64,000 nucleotides of DNA from Methanomicrobia archaeon (GCA_030603445.1 JAUVXU010000004.1:42656-106655), one strand, 5' to 3'; shown: positions 1 to 11,047, numbered from the stretch's first letter. The notes: a model not told the origin generated them from the letters alone. Numbers and translations are program-made.

Positions 1-123
1 AACATGCGAAGCATCATTTTACAACTGGCAAGATTATACTACACAAGCCTTGTTGATATAGCAGGCAAGTACGGCGTGTCAGAAAATGACATAAATAAGG
101 AAATAGGCCTAACGGGCAGCTGA
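1..123 (+). CDS. 3' end of an unidentified gene truncated by the window start
   Basis: Frame 1 is open from base 1 to TGA at 121-123 (NMRSIILQLARLYYTS...GLTGS*) and converges on ychF; no family recognised. Confidence 0.3.
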   Translation, partial: NMRSIILQLARLYYTSLVDIAGKYGVSENDINKEIGLTGS

Positions 124-1296
124 GGCAATCTTGATTATATCGCCGGACTTGATCTCATAATCCTCAGATATCCTTCGGCCGGTTCTCACATTTAGCGCAT
201 ATATGTAGTTATTTGCAATATCTGAGTGTATCTTTTTAGCAAGATCCATCGGTGTAGAGCCTCGTTTTAACAAGTATGCATCAGGAAGTACAGCACCCTT
301 TCCATCGCAAAACTTCTTCTCGTTTTCCACAGGATAGACAACAATGCGATCAAGTATATCAAAGATTGCGGTGTTGATGCAGCGCTGCACCCCTGTTGCC
401 CCGTATTTTTGTATAATGTGCCTCACGCGCTCAAGGGCATCAAGCTGCTTTGGGGACAAGTCCCCCACAACATCGAAGTCCGCTGCCCCTGGTATATATG
501 ATATCAAGTTCGCAGAAGCTGCCTTTTTTAGGAGAAACTCCGCCTCAGCACTTACAGGAAACACGTTAGGCACCTCTTTTACCAATCTCTTCACCAAATC
601 ATCGTCGGCAACGTCTATCTTGTTTGCTGCAACAACAATAGGGCGCGTGTTCCTTCGAAGCTCCATGGAAAATTCACAAATGTCATCCAAAGACCATTTT
701 TTAGGTTTTTCAGAATCCAGGCCAAGCTTGCGAACAGCAACATACACGTCATCCTCCCCGATACCTATGCCGGAGAAATGGTCTGCTATCACGTGATAGA
801 TGTTCTTATTGGTAAGGGCTATCTTGCGCGAGAACTTCTCCCAGTTCTTTGAAAATAGGCCTGTAAACCACATATCTATCTCCTTTTCCAAAAAAGCAAC
901 GTCAAGGAGGGGATCATGGCTGCCTCTTTTCACAGGATTGCCGCTATCATCCACAGACCCAGAGGCATCCACCACATGGATAAGAACGTTTGCCCTGCGA
1001 ATATCGTCCAGGAACTGGTTGCCCAATCCTTTTCCCATATGCGCACCCGGGACTATGCCGGCAACATCTATTATCGTTGTCGGGACAAGCCTTGTGCCAT
1101 GGTCGCATTTAGCGTTTTTTGGGTTGCAGGTAAGAGAGTACTCTTTACAGGGGCAAGGCACGGTAACGTAAGTGACGCCAGTGTTTGACTCTATTGTTGT
1201 GAAAGGATAATTAGCAACTTCGGCAGCGCCATGCGTGCAGGCGTTAAAGAAGGTAGATTTACCAACATTGGGTTTTCCAACAATTCCTATCTCCAT
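109..1296 (-). CDS. ychF: Obg-family redox-regulated ATPase/GTPase YchF (archaeal type) with C-terminal TGS domain
   Basis: GKPNVGKST P-loop, YPFTTI, DVAG, NKID motifs, C-terminal TGS-like region. Confidence 0.93.
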   Translation of the reverse strand: MEIGIVGKPNVGKSTFFNACTHGAAEVANYPFTTIESNTGVTYVTVPCPCKEYSLTCNPKNAKCDHGTRLVPTTIIDVAGIVPGAHMGKGLGNQFLDDIRRANVLIHVVDASGSVDDSGNPVKRGSHDPLLDVAFLEKEIDMWFTGLFSKNWEKFSRKIALTNKNIYHVIADHFSGIGIGEDDVYVAVRKLGLDSEKPKKWSLDDICEFSMELRRNTRPIVVAANKIDVADDDLVKRLVKEVPNVFPVSAEAEFLLKKAASANLISYIPGAADFDVVGDLSPKQLDALERVRHIIQKYGATGVQRCINTAIFDILDRIVVYPVENEKKFCDGKGAVLPDAYLLKRGSTPMDLAKKIHSDIANNYIYALNVRTGRRISEDYEIKSGDIIKIASAAR

Positions 1297-1424
1297 ACAG
1301 ATACCTCTATTTTCAACTACTCAGGTATTCTTTAAATACATTATCTTTTTATAAACAAACCGTTAAATGAGATATACATGATTTTAGCATGTAAAATCTT
1401 AAAGATTATAAAAATAGATATATA

Positions 1425-1452
1425 CTAGGATATAATCCTACTTATAGTTGAG
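1425..1452. other. Candidate XerA dif-like site (11-6-11 architecture)
   Basis: CTAGGATATAA-TCCTAC-TTATAGTTGAG has a TATAA-N6-TTATA core like Thermococcales dif sites; could instead be promoter sequence. Confidence 0.3.
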
Positions 1453-1511
1453 AGGGCTGCCGGATAAGTGAAGCATGCCCTTGGTGGCGCCAATATATAT
1501 GAGGTGAAGTG

Positions 1512-2672
1512 ATGAAAAAGCTACCTGTTGATGCATGGCATCAAAAACATGGAAAGATGGTGGAGTTTGCAGGATGGGAAATGCCATTATGGTATGAAGG
1601 GATACGTGAAGAACACTTGGCCGTAAGAAACGGTATCGGGGCGTTTGATGTTTCCCATATGGGGGAAATAATTGTATCTGGAAAGGACGCTTTGTCGTTC
1701 CTGCAGTGGACCACTACAAACGATATCAAAAAGCCGCCCCCAATATCGGGAACATACGCCCTAGTGCTTAATGAGAGGGGAGCAATAAAAGATGAGACCC
1801 TTGTGTACAACATGGGGGATGACACTTACATGGTGGTGTGTGATGCAGTTGCAGTTCCAAAGCTTGTTGCACACTTCACTACACTAAAAAATACAATTGA
1901 ACAGTTCTCAACAGTAGATCTAACTATCACTGATAAAACAGAACATATGTGCCTATTTTCCATCCAGGGCCCCAAGGCCCAGCAGCTCTGCATCAGCTTA
2001 TTTGGTGTAGACATAATGGATATGTGGTGGTTTCAGGCCAAAAAGATAAAGCACAACGGCGCCTCAATAATACTTTCAAAATCAGGCTATACGGGAGAGA
2101 ACGGTTTTGAACTCTTCTTCGATGTAATTAAGGATAAAAGCGATGTGGCAACTTCGCTATGGGAAGAGATCCTAAAGAAGGGTGAGCCATACGGCATAAA
2201 ACCTTGCGGCCTTGGTGCAAGGGACACGCTACGTATAGAGTCTGGATACACCCTCTATGGACATGAAACCCAAGAAAAGCAGGTGTTATCAGAAGATGTG
2301 GATGAAGTAACACCACTTGAAGCCGGGCTTGATTTTGCAATATCCTTTGACAAGGATTTTATCGGAAAACAAGCACTGCTAATACAAAAAGAAAGAGGTG
2401 TGACCTACCATCTAGCACATTTCACCCTTCTGGACAAGGCAATACCCAGGGAAGGGGACAAAATAATAAAACATGGGAACGTGATCGGAGAGATCACAAG
2501 CGGCACTAAGTCTCCCCTAACAGGATCTGCAATAGCAATAGGCAGGATAAAATCCGGTGTGACGGGAATGGTATCTATAGAAGTAAGGGGAACCCCGCGC
2601 AAGGCACGTATAGTATCCCCCCCGTTCTATGATCCAAAGAAGTACGGTGCATGTAGGGAAGTGGAAATATGA
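1512..2672 (+). CDS. gcvT: Glycine cleavage system aminomethyltransferase T
   Basis: [35 protein letters not shown] motifs; GAGGTGA RBS; ATG at 1512 preferred to GTG at 1509. Confidence 0.95.
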   Translation: MKKLPVDAWHQKHGKMVEFAGWEMPLWYEGIREEHLAVRNGIGAFDVSHMGEIIVSGKDALSFLQWTTTNDIKKPPPISGTYALVLNERGAIKDETLVYNMGDDTYMVVCDAVAVPKLVAHFTTLKNTIEQFSTVDLTITDKTEHMCLFSIQGPKAQQLCISLFGVDIMDMWWFQAKKIKHNGASIILSKSGYTGENGFELFFDVIKDKSDVATSLWEEILKKGEPYGIKPCGLGARDTLRIESGYTLYGHETQEKQVLSEDVDEVTPLEAGLDFAISFDKDFIGKQALLIQKERGVTYHLAHFTLLDKAIPREGDKIIKHGNVIGEITSGTKSPLTGSAIAIGRIKSGVTGMVSIEVRGTPRKARIVSPPFYDPKKYGACREVEI

Positions 2673-3064
2673 GCAAAGGAAAATATGAGGTACGAGAAGG
2701 TCTTATGTATACCAAAGACCACGAATGGATAATGATTAAAGATGATGTCTTTACAGTGGGTATCACAGATTATGCCTCCCGTGAAATGGGCGATATCGCA
2801 TTTGTAGAGCTCCCTGAAGTGGGAAAGGCCATGAAAAAAGGGGACCTACTATGCGAGATAGAATCCGTAAAAGCGGTTTCGGAGATAAGAAGCCCCTTTG
2901 ATTGTACCATCAAAGAAGTTAATAAAGAAGTTGAGGATGCTCCAGAGGCGCTTAGTGAAGACCCATTCGGGACCTGGATAGTGCGCCTTGAGAACGTAGT
3001 AGATCAGATGAATCTGCTAAATGACAAAGAGTATGCAAAGCTTTTAGATTCCCTGGATGACTGA
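2669..3064 (+). CDS. gcvH: Glycine cleavage system H protein
   Basis: YTKDHEW, VGITDYA, IESVKA (lipoyl lysine). Confidence 0.96.
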   Translation: MSKGKYEVREGLMYTKDHEWIMIKDDVFTVGITDYASREMGDIAFVELPEVGKAMKKGDLLCEIESVKAVSEIRSPFDCTIKEVNKEVEDAPEALSEDPFGTWIVRLENVVDQMNLLNDKEYAKLLDSLDD

Positions 3065-3087
3065 CGCCCAATTTTCCTGGTGCTCTC

Positions 3088-5277
3088 ATGACATACGTCT
3101 CACACCCCCTGATACGTGAAAGATCAATAGAGCAGCGCGCTTACCAGGAAAAGATATTTGCTGCAATATCCTCCAAAAGCTCGATGGTCGTTCTCCCGAC
3201 CGGCCTTGGAAAGACTTACATAGCCGCCATGCTTACTGCACACACAATTGCAAATCTTGGGGGAAAAGTATTATTCATGGCCCCAACAAAACCCCTTGTC
3301 CTTCAACACAAAGACACATTTGATGCTGTCATGAAAATTGATAGGTCTAAGATGGTCTGTTTTACAGGGGCAACCCCCCCGTCCAAAAGGGAAGCGGGAT
3401 ACGAGGATGCCACGATAATATTTGCAACACCCCAGGTCATAGAAAATGACATCATATCTAAAAGGCTGAAGCTTGATGACATCAATCTGCTAATCTTTGA
3501 TGAGGCGCATCGCGCAACAGGTGATTATGCATACGTCTACATCGCACAGACGTACAACTCTGCTAAAAAAGATGGAATGGTGCTAGGCATCACAGCATCC
3601 CCCGGATACGATAGGTCCCGCATAAAGGACATAATAAAAAATCTGGGCATAACGAATCTTCATATAGAGAACGAGGACTCGCATGACGTCGCCCCGTATG
3701 TGCATGACATAAAAACAGAGTGGATAAGGCTAACATTTCCGCCTGAGCTTGAACAAAGCAGGGCACTGCTTAGGAAAGTATACGATGAAAAACTAGAAAT
3801 TGTGCTTAGATTCCGTCTAACTACAAAACCCAAGAAGTACATAAACAAGCGGGACCTGCTTGGTTTTGGTGAACAGCTTAGAAAAATGCTTTTCAAAAAA
3901 CCTGTTGCAGGGGAGATATACACAGGCATAAAGGCCCAATCAATAGCAATCAAGGTATCCCATGCCATCGAACTGCTCGAGACGCAGGGGCCCCATGCAA
4001 TGCTATCTTATTTTGAGAAAGTAAAAAAGCAAAAATCCAAATCTGCAAGGGAAATGCTACTTGATGTGCGCATTAGCCGCGCCGTTTCCTTGGCCAGAAA
4101 ATATGAAAACGAGCACCCAAAGATAATCAAGCTAAAAGAGATATTACAAACGATAGGAGAAGGGCAAAACGCCATTGTGTTTTCGCAGTACCGCGATAGC
4201 GTAATGCAGATTGCTAAATCTCTTGAAACTATAGAAGGCATACGCCCTGTTAGATTCGTTGGGCAGTCTAGCAGAGAAAATGATGAGGGGCTAACCCAAA
4301 AGAAGCAAAAAGAGCTCCTGGATGCCTTCAAGAAAGGGACATACAACGTACTAGTTGCAACATCTGTTGCAGAGGAGGGGCTAGACATACCTAACGTAGA
4401 TCTGGTCGTGTTCTTTGAACCAATACCTTCTGAGATTCGCACGATACAGCGAAGGGGAAGAACAGGAAGGCGCCGTACAGGGCGCCTGGTAGTGCTAATT
4501 ATGGAAGACACAATTGACGAGGCATACTACAATGTTGCAAAAGGGAAGGAAAAGAAGATGCATAGCGTCCTATCTAAGATGGGGACGAAAACCTCTGTAA
4601 AAAATGACGGGCAAATCAAGCTGGATAGCTTCGATTCCCCGAACATAAAGATAATCTGTGACGGGCGCGAGAATCCTTCCATTATAAAACAGCTTGCCCA
4701 AAAGGCTGCAATAGAGATGAGGACGCTTGAGGTAGGGGACTATATCCTCTCAGAGCGAATAGGCATAGAGCGCAAATCCACAGAGGACTTTTTGCGTTCG
4801 CTGTTTGACAATAAATTATTTGAACAGGTGCGCAATCTGCGTGACAGCTTCGAGATACCCCTCCTGTTAATAGAAGGGGAAAATATATTCACAAAACACG
4901 ATGCCAACTCAGCTGCGGTGCGTAGCGCTCTTTTAGCCATACTCGTTGACTTCAATGTTGGGATCATCTTCTCACATGACATTTCTGAATCAGCAGAGTA
5001 CCTGTACCATCTGGCAAGAAGGGAGCAGACAGAACAAAAAGGCATCCCAAAACTAAGGGGCGATAAGAGGGCAATGACGCTGCAGGAGACGCAGATATAC
5101 TTACTTGAGGGGCTTCCAAACATCTCCGCAACCCTTGCCAGGCGCCTGCTATCGCATTTCGATTCTGTAGAACGCGTCATTGCGGCATCAGAAGAAGAAC
5201 TAAAAGAAGTAGAAGGAATAGGAGAAAAAACAGCGAAAAAAATAAAGGAGATAGTTAGCGCAAAATATGTTCACTAA
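3088..5277 (+). CDS. hef: Hef helicase-nuclease (FANCM-like SF2 helicase + ERCC4 nuclease + HhH)
   Basis: PTGLGKT, DEAH, TAS, QRRGRTGR; GDY and ERKS nuclease motifs; C-terminal GIG HhH. Confidence 0.94.
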   Translation: MTYVSHPLIRERSIEQRAYQEKIFAAISSKSSMVVLPTGLGKTYIAAMLTAHTIANLGGKVLFMAPTKPLVLQHKDTFDAVMKIDRSKMVCFTGATPPSKREAGYEDATIIFATPQVIENDIISKRLKLDDINLLIFDEAHRATGDYAYVYIAQTYNSAKKDGMVLGITASPGYDRSRIKDIIKNLGITNLHIENEDSHDVAPYVHDIKTEWIRLTFPPELEQSRALLRKVYDEKLEIVLRFRLTTKPKKYINKRDLLGFGEQLRKMLFKKPVAGEIYTGIKAQSIAIKVSHAIELLETQGPHAMLSYFEKVKKQKSKSAREMLLDVRISRAVSLARKYENEHPKIIKLKEILQTIGEGQNAIVFSQYRDSVMQIAKSLETIEGIRPVRFVGQSSRENDEGLTQKKQKELLDAFKKGTYNVLVATSVAEEGLDIPNVDLVVFFEPIPSEIRTIQRRGRTGRRRTGRLVVLIMEDTIDEAYYNVAKGKEKKMHSVLSKMGTKTSVKNDGQIKLDSFDSPNIKIICDGRENPSIIKQLAQKAAIEMRTLEVGDYILSERIGIERKSTEDFLRSLFDNKLFEQVRNLRDSFEIPLLLIEGENIFTKHDANSAAVRSALLAILVDFNVGIIFSHDISESAEYLYHLARREQTEQKGIPKLRGDKRAMTLQETQIYLLEGLPNISATLARRLLSHFDSVERVIAASEEELKEVEGIGEKTAKKIKEIVSAKYVH

Positions 5278-6371
5278 ATTTCCAAGAACTCTTTGTTAGC
5301 AGTTGTTAAAATCTCTATGCCATTCTTTTTCACAAGCACATCATCCTCTATGCGAACGCCGCCATAACCTGGGAGGTATATTCCCGGCTCCACCGTAAGC
5401 ACCATCCCTGGTTCAATTGCCCCCTCTTCCAAGGGGGACAAGCGAAGCATCTCATGAACAGATAATCCTATGCCATGCCCCAAGCTGTGGATAAATCTGC
5501 CCTTATATGGCGTGTCGTTTATGAACTTTGCAACCTTGATATGCGGCTCATTTAACGGGATGCCTGCCTGGATGGTATCAAAACCTAGTTGTTGTGCCTC
5601 AAAAACGGTCTCATAAATTGCCTTGTCCTTCTTGGACGCCTTTCCAAAAAAGAATGTACGGGTAATGTCCGAGACGTACCTGCTGTAAATTGCCCCAAAA
5701 TCAAATAGTGTGAACACGTTGTCAGTAAGCGTGTCCTTTCCTCCAATATAATGCGGCTCAGCAGAGTTCTTTCCAAATGATGAGATGGTGGTAAAAGAGG
5801 GGCCGTCTGCACCAAGCTTCTTCATATTGTACTCTATCTCTGCTGCAACCTCATCTTCACGCACGCCGTCATGCAGCATTTCAGGTATCATGTCCGCCAC
5901 CTTCGATGCTATGTTGCACGATTTCCTTATACGTTCTATCTCATTTTTATCCTTTATGGAGCGAGCAGATATTATAGCCTTTGAACAATCTACGAAAGTG
6001 GAGTTTGGCGCAATCTTTTGTAAAAGTTCGAACTTCTTGTAGACGAGCTCCTCTGCATTGATCCCGATGCGCTTTTTGTCATTTAGCCTTTCAGAGATAA
6101 TAGAGTTGTACTCATCGCGCGATCTGAACACTATAAACTCATCGCTGCCCTTACACGCGCTAGTCTCCTCTAACAATGATACCAGCACCACGCAGCTTCC
6201 ATCTGGATACAAGAATGCTACGCTGCCCTCAAAAAGGCCAGTTTCATACCCTGTAACATAAAAAAAAGAGGAGTCTATCATAGGATCGATATGATTTGCA
6301 ATCACTATAACATCCACATCCCTGGAAATAGAATCAAATATCTTTTTTACACGCCCTTTCATAAATACCAC
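5274..6371 (-). CDS. Xaa-Pro aminopeptidase/prolidase (M24B)
   Basis: DFGA, SDITRT, HSLGHGIG, EPGIY, GVRIEDD metal-binding motifs. Confidence 0.92.
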   Translation of the reverse strand: MVFMKGRVKKIFDSISRDVDVIVIANHIDPMIDSSFFYVTGYETGLFEGSVAFLYPDGSCVVLVSLLEETSACKGSDEFIVFRSRDEYNSIISERLNDKKRIGINAEELVYKKFELLQKIAPNSTFVDCSKAIISARSIKDKNEIERIRKSCNIASKVADMIPEMLHDGVREDEVAAEIEYNMKKLGADGPSFTTISSFGKNSAEPHYIGGKDTLTDNVFTLFDFGAIYSRYVSDITRTFFFGKASKKDKAIYETVFEAQQLGFDTIQAGIPLNEPHIKVAKFINDTPYKGRFIHSLGHGIGLSVHEMLRLSPLEEGAIEPGMVLTVEPGIYLPGYGGVRIEDDVLVKKNGIEILTTANKEFLEI

Positions 6372-6429
6372 TTTTATAAGAATTAGTCAACAAACTTTTT
6401 TAACCTTTTGTAATGCAAATAGTATCACG

Positions 6430-6852
6430 ATGCACATGGAAATTATTGATCATCCTGCAGACATAGGGTTTAAGGTAGTTGGATCGAGCCTGGAAGAGAC
6501 TTATAGGAACGCCGGAAAAGCGTTATATAGTCTCCTAGTTACCTCACCTAAAAGAGATTCGGATACTGAATTAAATCTCGAGATAAGGTCTGAAGACCTC
6601 CTGTCGCTGACCTATGACTATCTCGAACAGCTTCTTATCCTATTTGAGACCGACTGCTTTGTACCAAACAAGATACATATTGGCCTTAAAGAAGAGGAAG
6701 AAGGATACCTGATGCATGTACGATTAGAAGGATTTACTGTCAATCTGGTTGAGGCAGAACTCAATTACAAAATAAAGGCCGTTACATATCACCAGATGGA
6801 AGTAGAACCCTGTGACAAGGGATGGTACATAAAGGTTATATTAGATATATAA
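6430..6852 (+). CDS. Archease
   Basis: DHPADI N-terminus, IKAVTYH, C-terminal LDI. Confidence 0.92.
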   Translation: MHMEIIDHPADIGFKVVGSSLEETYRNAGKALYSLLVTSPKRDSDTELNLEIRSEDLLSLTYDYLEQLLILFETDCFVPNKIHIGLKEEEEGYLMHVRLEGFTVNLVEAELNYKIKAVTYHQMEVEPCDKGWYIKVILDI

Positions 6853-6902
6853 AATCAATATCTTTAAAAATCAATCTTACCATGGAATGCAAAGGTGTGA
6901 CG

Positions 6903-8153
6903 ATGGACAGCAAGACAAGACATCATTTCAAGAAGCAACTAGACTTCCTAAAAAAGATAAGAGGAAGACATACAGAGCTAGTGTCAGTTTACATTCCGGC
7001 AGGATATGAGATATCAAAGGTGGCACAGCAGCTGCGCGATGAACAGGGCACTGCTACGAACATCAAGTCTAAATCGACTAAAAAAAATGTGCTTGGGGCA
7101 CTTGAGAAAGTCATGTCCCACTTAAGATTATTCCCGCGAACTCCAGAAAAGGGGCTTGTCATATTTTCTGGCAATGTCTCACAAAAAGATGGTGTTTCAG
7201 ACCTGCAGCTCTTCTCCATAGAAACCCCTGAACCGATCAATATACGGATTTATCGCTGTGACCAGGAATTCGTGCTCGATCCGCTTTACGATATGATAGA
7301 GGAAAAGGATGTGTACGGCCTCCTCATAGTAGAAAGGAACGAGGCCACAATAGGCATGCTGCGCGGCAAGCATATTGAGGTACTTGAGCACTTAACGTCC
7401 GGTGTTCCGGGTAAAACCCGTGCAGGAGGACAATCGTCTGTGCGTTTCGCACGATTAAGAGAAGAGGCTGCAAAACAGTTCAATGAAAGGATAGGGGAAC
7501 ACTTCAACAGGCACTTTATTGGAATAGAAAACCTAAAAGGCATAATAGTGGGTGGGCCTGGTATGACAAAACAGGTCTTTGTTGACGGTGAGTATCTCCA
7601 TTATGAACTTCAGAAAAAGATACTTGGGACACTAGATACTGTATATACAGAAGAATATGGGTTAAGGGAGCTTATAGAAAAAGCGGAGGATCTCCTGTCA
7701 AACCTTGAAATAATCGCCGAGAAGCGCATCATGGCAAGATTTTTCAATGAGCTTATCCATGAAACAGGCCTTGCTTCATATGGGGAAAAAGAAGTTCGCC
7801 ACCAGTTGATGATGGGAAGCGTGGATACGCTGCTGCTCTCAGACGACCTAGACAAAAGCAGAGTGAAGGTAGAATGCGGGAACTGTGAATACGTAAAAGG
7901 GGTCACACTAGACTCCCTCTCCGTTCTCAAGCTGCGTGAAGAGCTTTCCACAGGAAAATGCCCCGGCTGCAGCAACATACGCCTTAAAATCGTGGAAGAG
8001 GTAGACCTCGTGGATGAGCTGTCTGCACTGGCAGAGTCCATGAACTCAAATGTCTACATAGTCTCAGGCGAGACGGAAGAAGGCGCTCAGCTCATACAGG
8101 CCTTTGGCGGCCTTGCAGCGATCTTACGCTATGCAGGAGAGAAGTCCGCATGA
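6903..8153 (+). CDS. prf1: Peptide chain release factor aRF1
   Basis: NIKS, YRCD and GGQS motifs, zinc-finger insert; start moved to ATG 6903 after AAGGTG RBS. Confidence 0.96.
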   Translation: MDSKTRHHFKKQLDFLKKIRGRHTELVSVYIPAGYEISKVAQQLRDEQGTATNIKSKSTKKNVLGALEKVMSHLRLFPRTPEKGLVIFSGNVSQKDGVSDLQLFSIETPEPINIRIYRCDQEFVLDPLYDMIEEKDVYGLLIVERNEATIGMLRGKHIEVLEHLTSGVPGKTRAGGQSSVRFARLREEAAKQFNERIGEHFNRHFIGIENLKGIIVGGPGMTKQVFVDGEYLHYELQKKILGTLDTVYTEEYGLRELIEKAEDLLSNLEIIAEKRIMARFFNELIHETGLASYGEKEVRHQLMMGSVDTLLLSDDLDKSRVKVECGNCEYVKGVTLDSLSVLKLREELSTGKCPGCSNIRLKIVEEVDLVDELSALAESMNSNVYIVSGETEEGAQLIQAFGGLAAILRYAGEKSA

Positions 8154-9934
8154 TGAAGAAGTACCTTAAAGATTATTTGAAAAAAATAACAGGGCGCGAC
8201 GACATAATAATTGATATGCCTCCAAATCCCAATATGGGGGACTACTCATCAGCAGTAGCGTTCCAGATAGCTAAAGAAAGAGGGGATAATCCAGTTAACG
8301 TTGCAAAAGGCATTGTCGCAGAATGCAACAAATGCCTGCCAGAGAGAATAGACAAGATCACTACCATGGGCCCATATATCAACTTCTTTATTAACACAGA
8401 ACTCTATGCCAAATCTGTTTTACAGATGATATTTGAACAAGACGAAAGTTATGGCATGTTAGAATCAAAGAATCAAAGGGTAATAGTTGAGCACACATCG
8501 GTAAATCCAAATAAGCCCCTGCATATGGGCGCAGCCCGAAACTCGATCCTCGGTGACTGTATTGCTCGCGTGCTACGCGTGGCCGGGTACGAGGTGGAGG
8601 TGGAAAACTACATCGACGACCTCGGCATCCAGTTCGCTGAAGTATTCTGGGGAATTATAAAAGAGGGCGACAATGCCGATGAAAAATATGACCATTTTCT
8701 TGGGAAGCTCTATATCCGCGTGCATGAGCAGATGAATCCTGAAATTGAGGAAGATATCAAAAAGTTAAACAAAGAACTCGAGGACCCTTCTTCTAAGAAT
8801 GCGAAGCTTGCACGAAGTGTTGTTGAGCGCTGCGTGGCAAGCCATCTTGAGTCTTTAAATGCGCTAAACATCGGCTACGATGTTTTGGTGTGGGAAAGCG
8901 GCATCGTGCATGCAGGGCTTTTTGATGAGACGTTTAGGCGCCTTCGCAAAAGCAAAGACATAGTTCTTGAAAAGGACGGGCCGCTAGAAGGATGCCTTGT
9001 TATGAAGCTTGGGAGGATATTCCCGAATATGAAAAACCCAGACAAGGTGCTTATCCGCTCAGATGGCACCCCCACCTACACCGCCAAGGACATAGCGCTG
9101 CAGATGTGGAAGTTCGGCCTCCTTGACAAAGACCTAAAATACAGGAAATGGGACGAGAACACCATGACATCCAGCCTAGACGGAGAGGCATTTGACTTTG
9201 GCAATGCGGATATTGTTATCAATGTTATCGGTTCAGAACAGTCATACCCGCAAGAGGTCGTGAAACTCTCACTAAAGCTTCTTGGATACGATAAGCAGTC
9301 CGAGAACTCGTTTCATATGGCCTATGAGTTCGTCACGCTGCCAAACGACTCATTCTCAGGAAGAAGGGGCACATGGATTGGTTACACGCTTGATGATGTC
9401 ATAAATGCAGGGAGAGAAAAAGCAATAGATGAGCTAGATCGCCGAAGACCAGAACTTTCTGATATCATGAAACAGAAGATAGGAAATGCACTGGCCATTG
9501 GATCCATTCGCTACAACATAGTACGATACGCACCAGAGAAAAAGATAGTATTTCGCTGGGAAGACGCCCTCAACTTCGAGGGGGACTCGTGCCCATATAT
9601 TGAATATGCGCATGCGCGCTGCTGCTCCATATTAAAACGTGCAAAGGGAAAGAGAACACCTTCATACAGGTACGAACACCAAAAGGAAAGGGAGCTTATC
9701 AAAACACTATCCCAGCTGTCAGGTGTTGTGGAGCTTGCCGCACGGGACAAAAGGCCGCATTACATAACAAAATATGCCAATGAGACCGCCATAGCATTCA
9801 ACTCGTTTTACAACGAGCTTCCTGTCTTAAAATCTGAGCAGGTGGATGACAGGTTAGCCTTAGTTGATGCAACAAGGATAGTCCTTGCAAACTGCATGCG
9901 GCTTATCGGTATAGAACCACTTGAAGAGATGTGA
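8150..9934 (+). CDS. argS: Arginine--tRNA ligase
   Basis: EHTSVNPNKPLHMG (HIGH-like), RSDGTPTY, FSGRRG, YAHAR, C-terminal EEM. Confidence 0.96.
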   Translation: MMKKYLKDYLKKITGRDDIIIDMPPNPNMGDYSSAVAFQIAKERGDNPVNVAKGIVAECNKCLPERIDKITTMGPYINFFINTELYAKSVLQMIFEQDESYGMLESKNQRVIVEHTSVNPNKPLHMGAARNSILGDCIARVLRVAGYEVEVENYIDDLGIQFAEVFWGIIKEGDNADEKYDHFLGKLYIRVHEQMNPEIEEDIKKLNKELEDPSSKNAKLARSVVERCVASHLESLNALNIGYDVLVWESGIVHAGLFDETFRRLRKSKDIVLEKDGPLEGCLVMKLGRIFPNMKNPDKVLIRSDGTPTYTAKDIALQMWKFGLLDKDLKYRKWDENTMTSSLDGEAFDFGNADIVINVIGSEQSYPQEVVKLSLKLLGYDKQSENSFHMAYEFVTLPNDSFSGRRGTWIGYTLDDVINAGREKAIDELDRRRPELSDIMKQKIGNALAIGSIRYNIVRYAPEKKIVFRWEDALNFEGDSCPYIEYAHARCCSILKRAKGKRTPSYRYEHQKERELIKTLSQLSGVVELAARDKRPHYITKYANETAIAFNSFYNELPVLKSEQVDDRLALVDATRIVLANCMRLIGIEPLEEM

Positions 9935-9984
9935 TGGCATTAAAAGCGATTTCTCTGAGAGGATAAAATAAAAAAAACTAAAGA

Positions 9985-10221
9985 ATGAAAACGTTCTTTT
10001 TAAAACAAGAAGGTGAGATCATAAGCAAAGAAAGTGACCTGTATAAAAAGATAAAGGACCCTTACCAAGAAGACGAAGATAGACTAAGCGCAGTTGATGA
10101 ACTCGGAAAAATGAACACAAAGAACGCGAAGGAGTATCTCTACAAGCTTGCTAATGACGGGTATCTTAGAGAGACCTTCAGGCTCCGGGCATATGATCAT
10201 GTTGCAGAGCAGCCAAAGTAA
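9985..10221 (+). CDS. Small hypothetical protein with a HEAT-like helical motif
   Basis: 78-aa ORF filling the gap between argS and the PHP gene; RLSAVDELG...FRLRA pattern. Confidence 0.55.
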   Translation: MKTFFLKQEGEIISKESDLYKKIKDPYQEDEDRLSAVDELGKMNTKNAKEYLYKLANDGYLRETFRLRAYDHVAEQPK

Positions 10222-10245
10222 AATTCCAGCGCCCAGTAAAAGGCG

Positions 10246-10884
10246 CTAGCGCATGCCTTGACGCAGTATATGCGTCCTTACCCATTTTTCCATTATGTCT
10301 TTAGGAGAAACGCTGTGCCCTTTAACAACAGTGCGATTTGATATAATCTCGTCCTTGAAGTTGTCAATATCGCTAAATAGTGTGTAGCATGACCCCACCT
10401 CTTTTGCCATATGGGCATCACTTCCCGCAATCATTGGCACATTTCGCTCTTTGCATAGCGCCTCGGTTTTCCCATTGCTATAGATGTTATGCCCGTTCCT
10501 GGCCTCTACTGCATCAAACGGCAATGAAAATGCAAGTTCCCCGATGCCTTTTCGAAATCTATCAAGAGGGTGGGCAGCCACTGCTATTCCCCCTTGCTTA
10601 TGTATAAGCCCTATTGTTTGGGATGCTGGTAGCCCCCGTGATACGGGCCCCTCTATGCCATAAGCTAGTATGTGCCCCTCCTTTGATGATATCTCGCATC
10701 CTTTGATTATGAGTATGCTGCTTTTTACTGCAAGCGCCTCTTCTATGCCATCCATGTTGTTGTGATCTGTTATAGCTATACCGCTAAGCCCAATGCGTTC
10801 TGCAGCGCGTATCATGGCCTTCGGGCTGTCTAGGCCATCGCTATAGGAATAATAGGTATGGATATGCATGTCTACCTTGAACAT
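10246..10884 (-). CDS. PHP-domain metal-dependent phosphoesterase
   Basis: DMHIHT, ITDHN, GCEIS, AAHP, GSDAH motifs. Confidence 0.9.
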   Translation of the reverse strand: MFKVDMHIHTYYSYSDGLDSPKAMIRAAERIGLSGIAITDHNNMDGIEEALAVKSSILIIKGCEISSKEGHILAYGIEGPVSRGLPASQTIGLIHKQGGIAVAAHPLDRFRKGIGELAFSLPFDAVEARNGHNIYSNGKTEALCKERNVPMIAGSDAHMAKEVGSCYTLFSDIDNFKDEIISNRTVVKGHSVSPKDIMEKWVRTHILRQGMR

Positions 10885-11047
10885 AACAAACATCTAGGAG
10901 AAAAGAGTTAAAAAGCATTGCTGTTTTCAACCCATACCAGCAGCATCGCAAAAATATACATGACAATATCTGGGGAAAATATGCCACAAAATTTTTATGT
11001 AGTATTTTATTACTGTAAAACACTTAGTTTAAGGAATTGGTGTAATT

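Noticed and set aside
1440..1510. Glycine riboswitch upstream of gcvT
   Set aside because: The conserved aptamer motifs are absent and the leader is too short.
6822..6902. N-terminal extension of aRF1 (similar extensions on top6A, the KH protein and the aminotransferase)
   Set aside because: Artefacts of longest-ORF calling; downstream ATGs have RBS-like motifs and match family N-termini.
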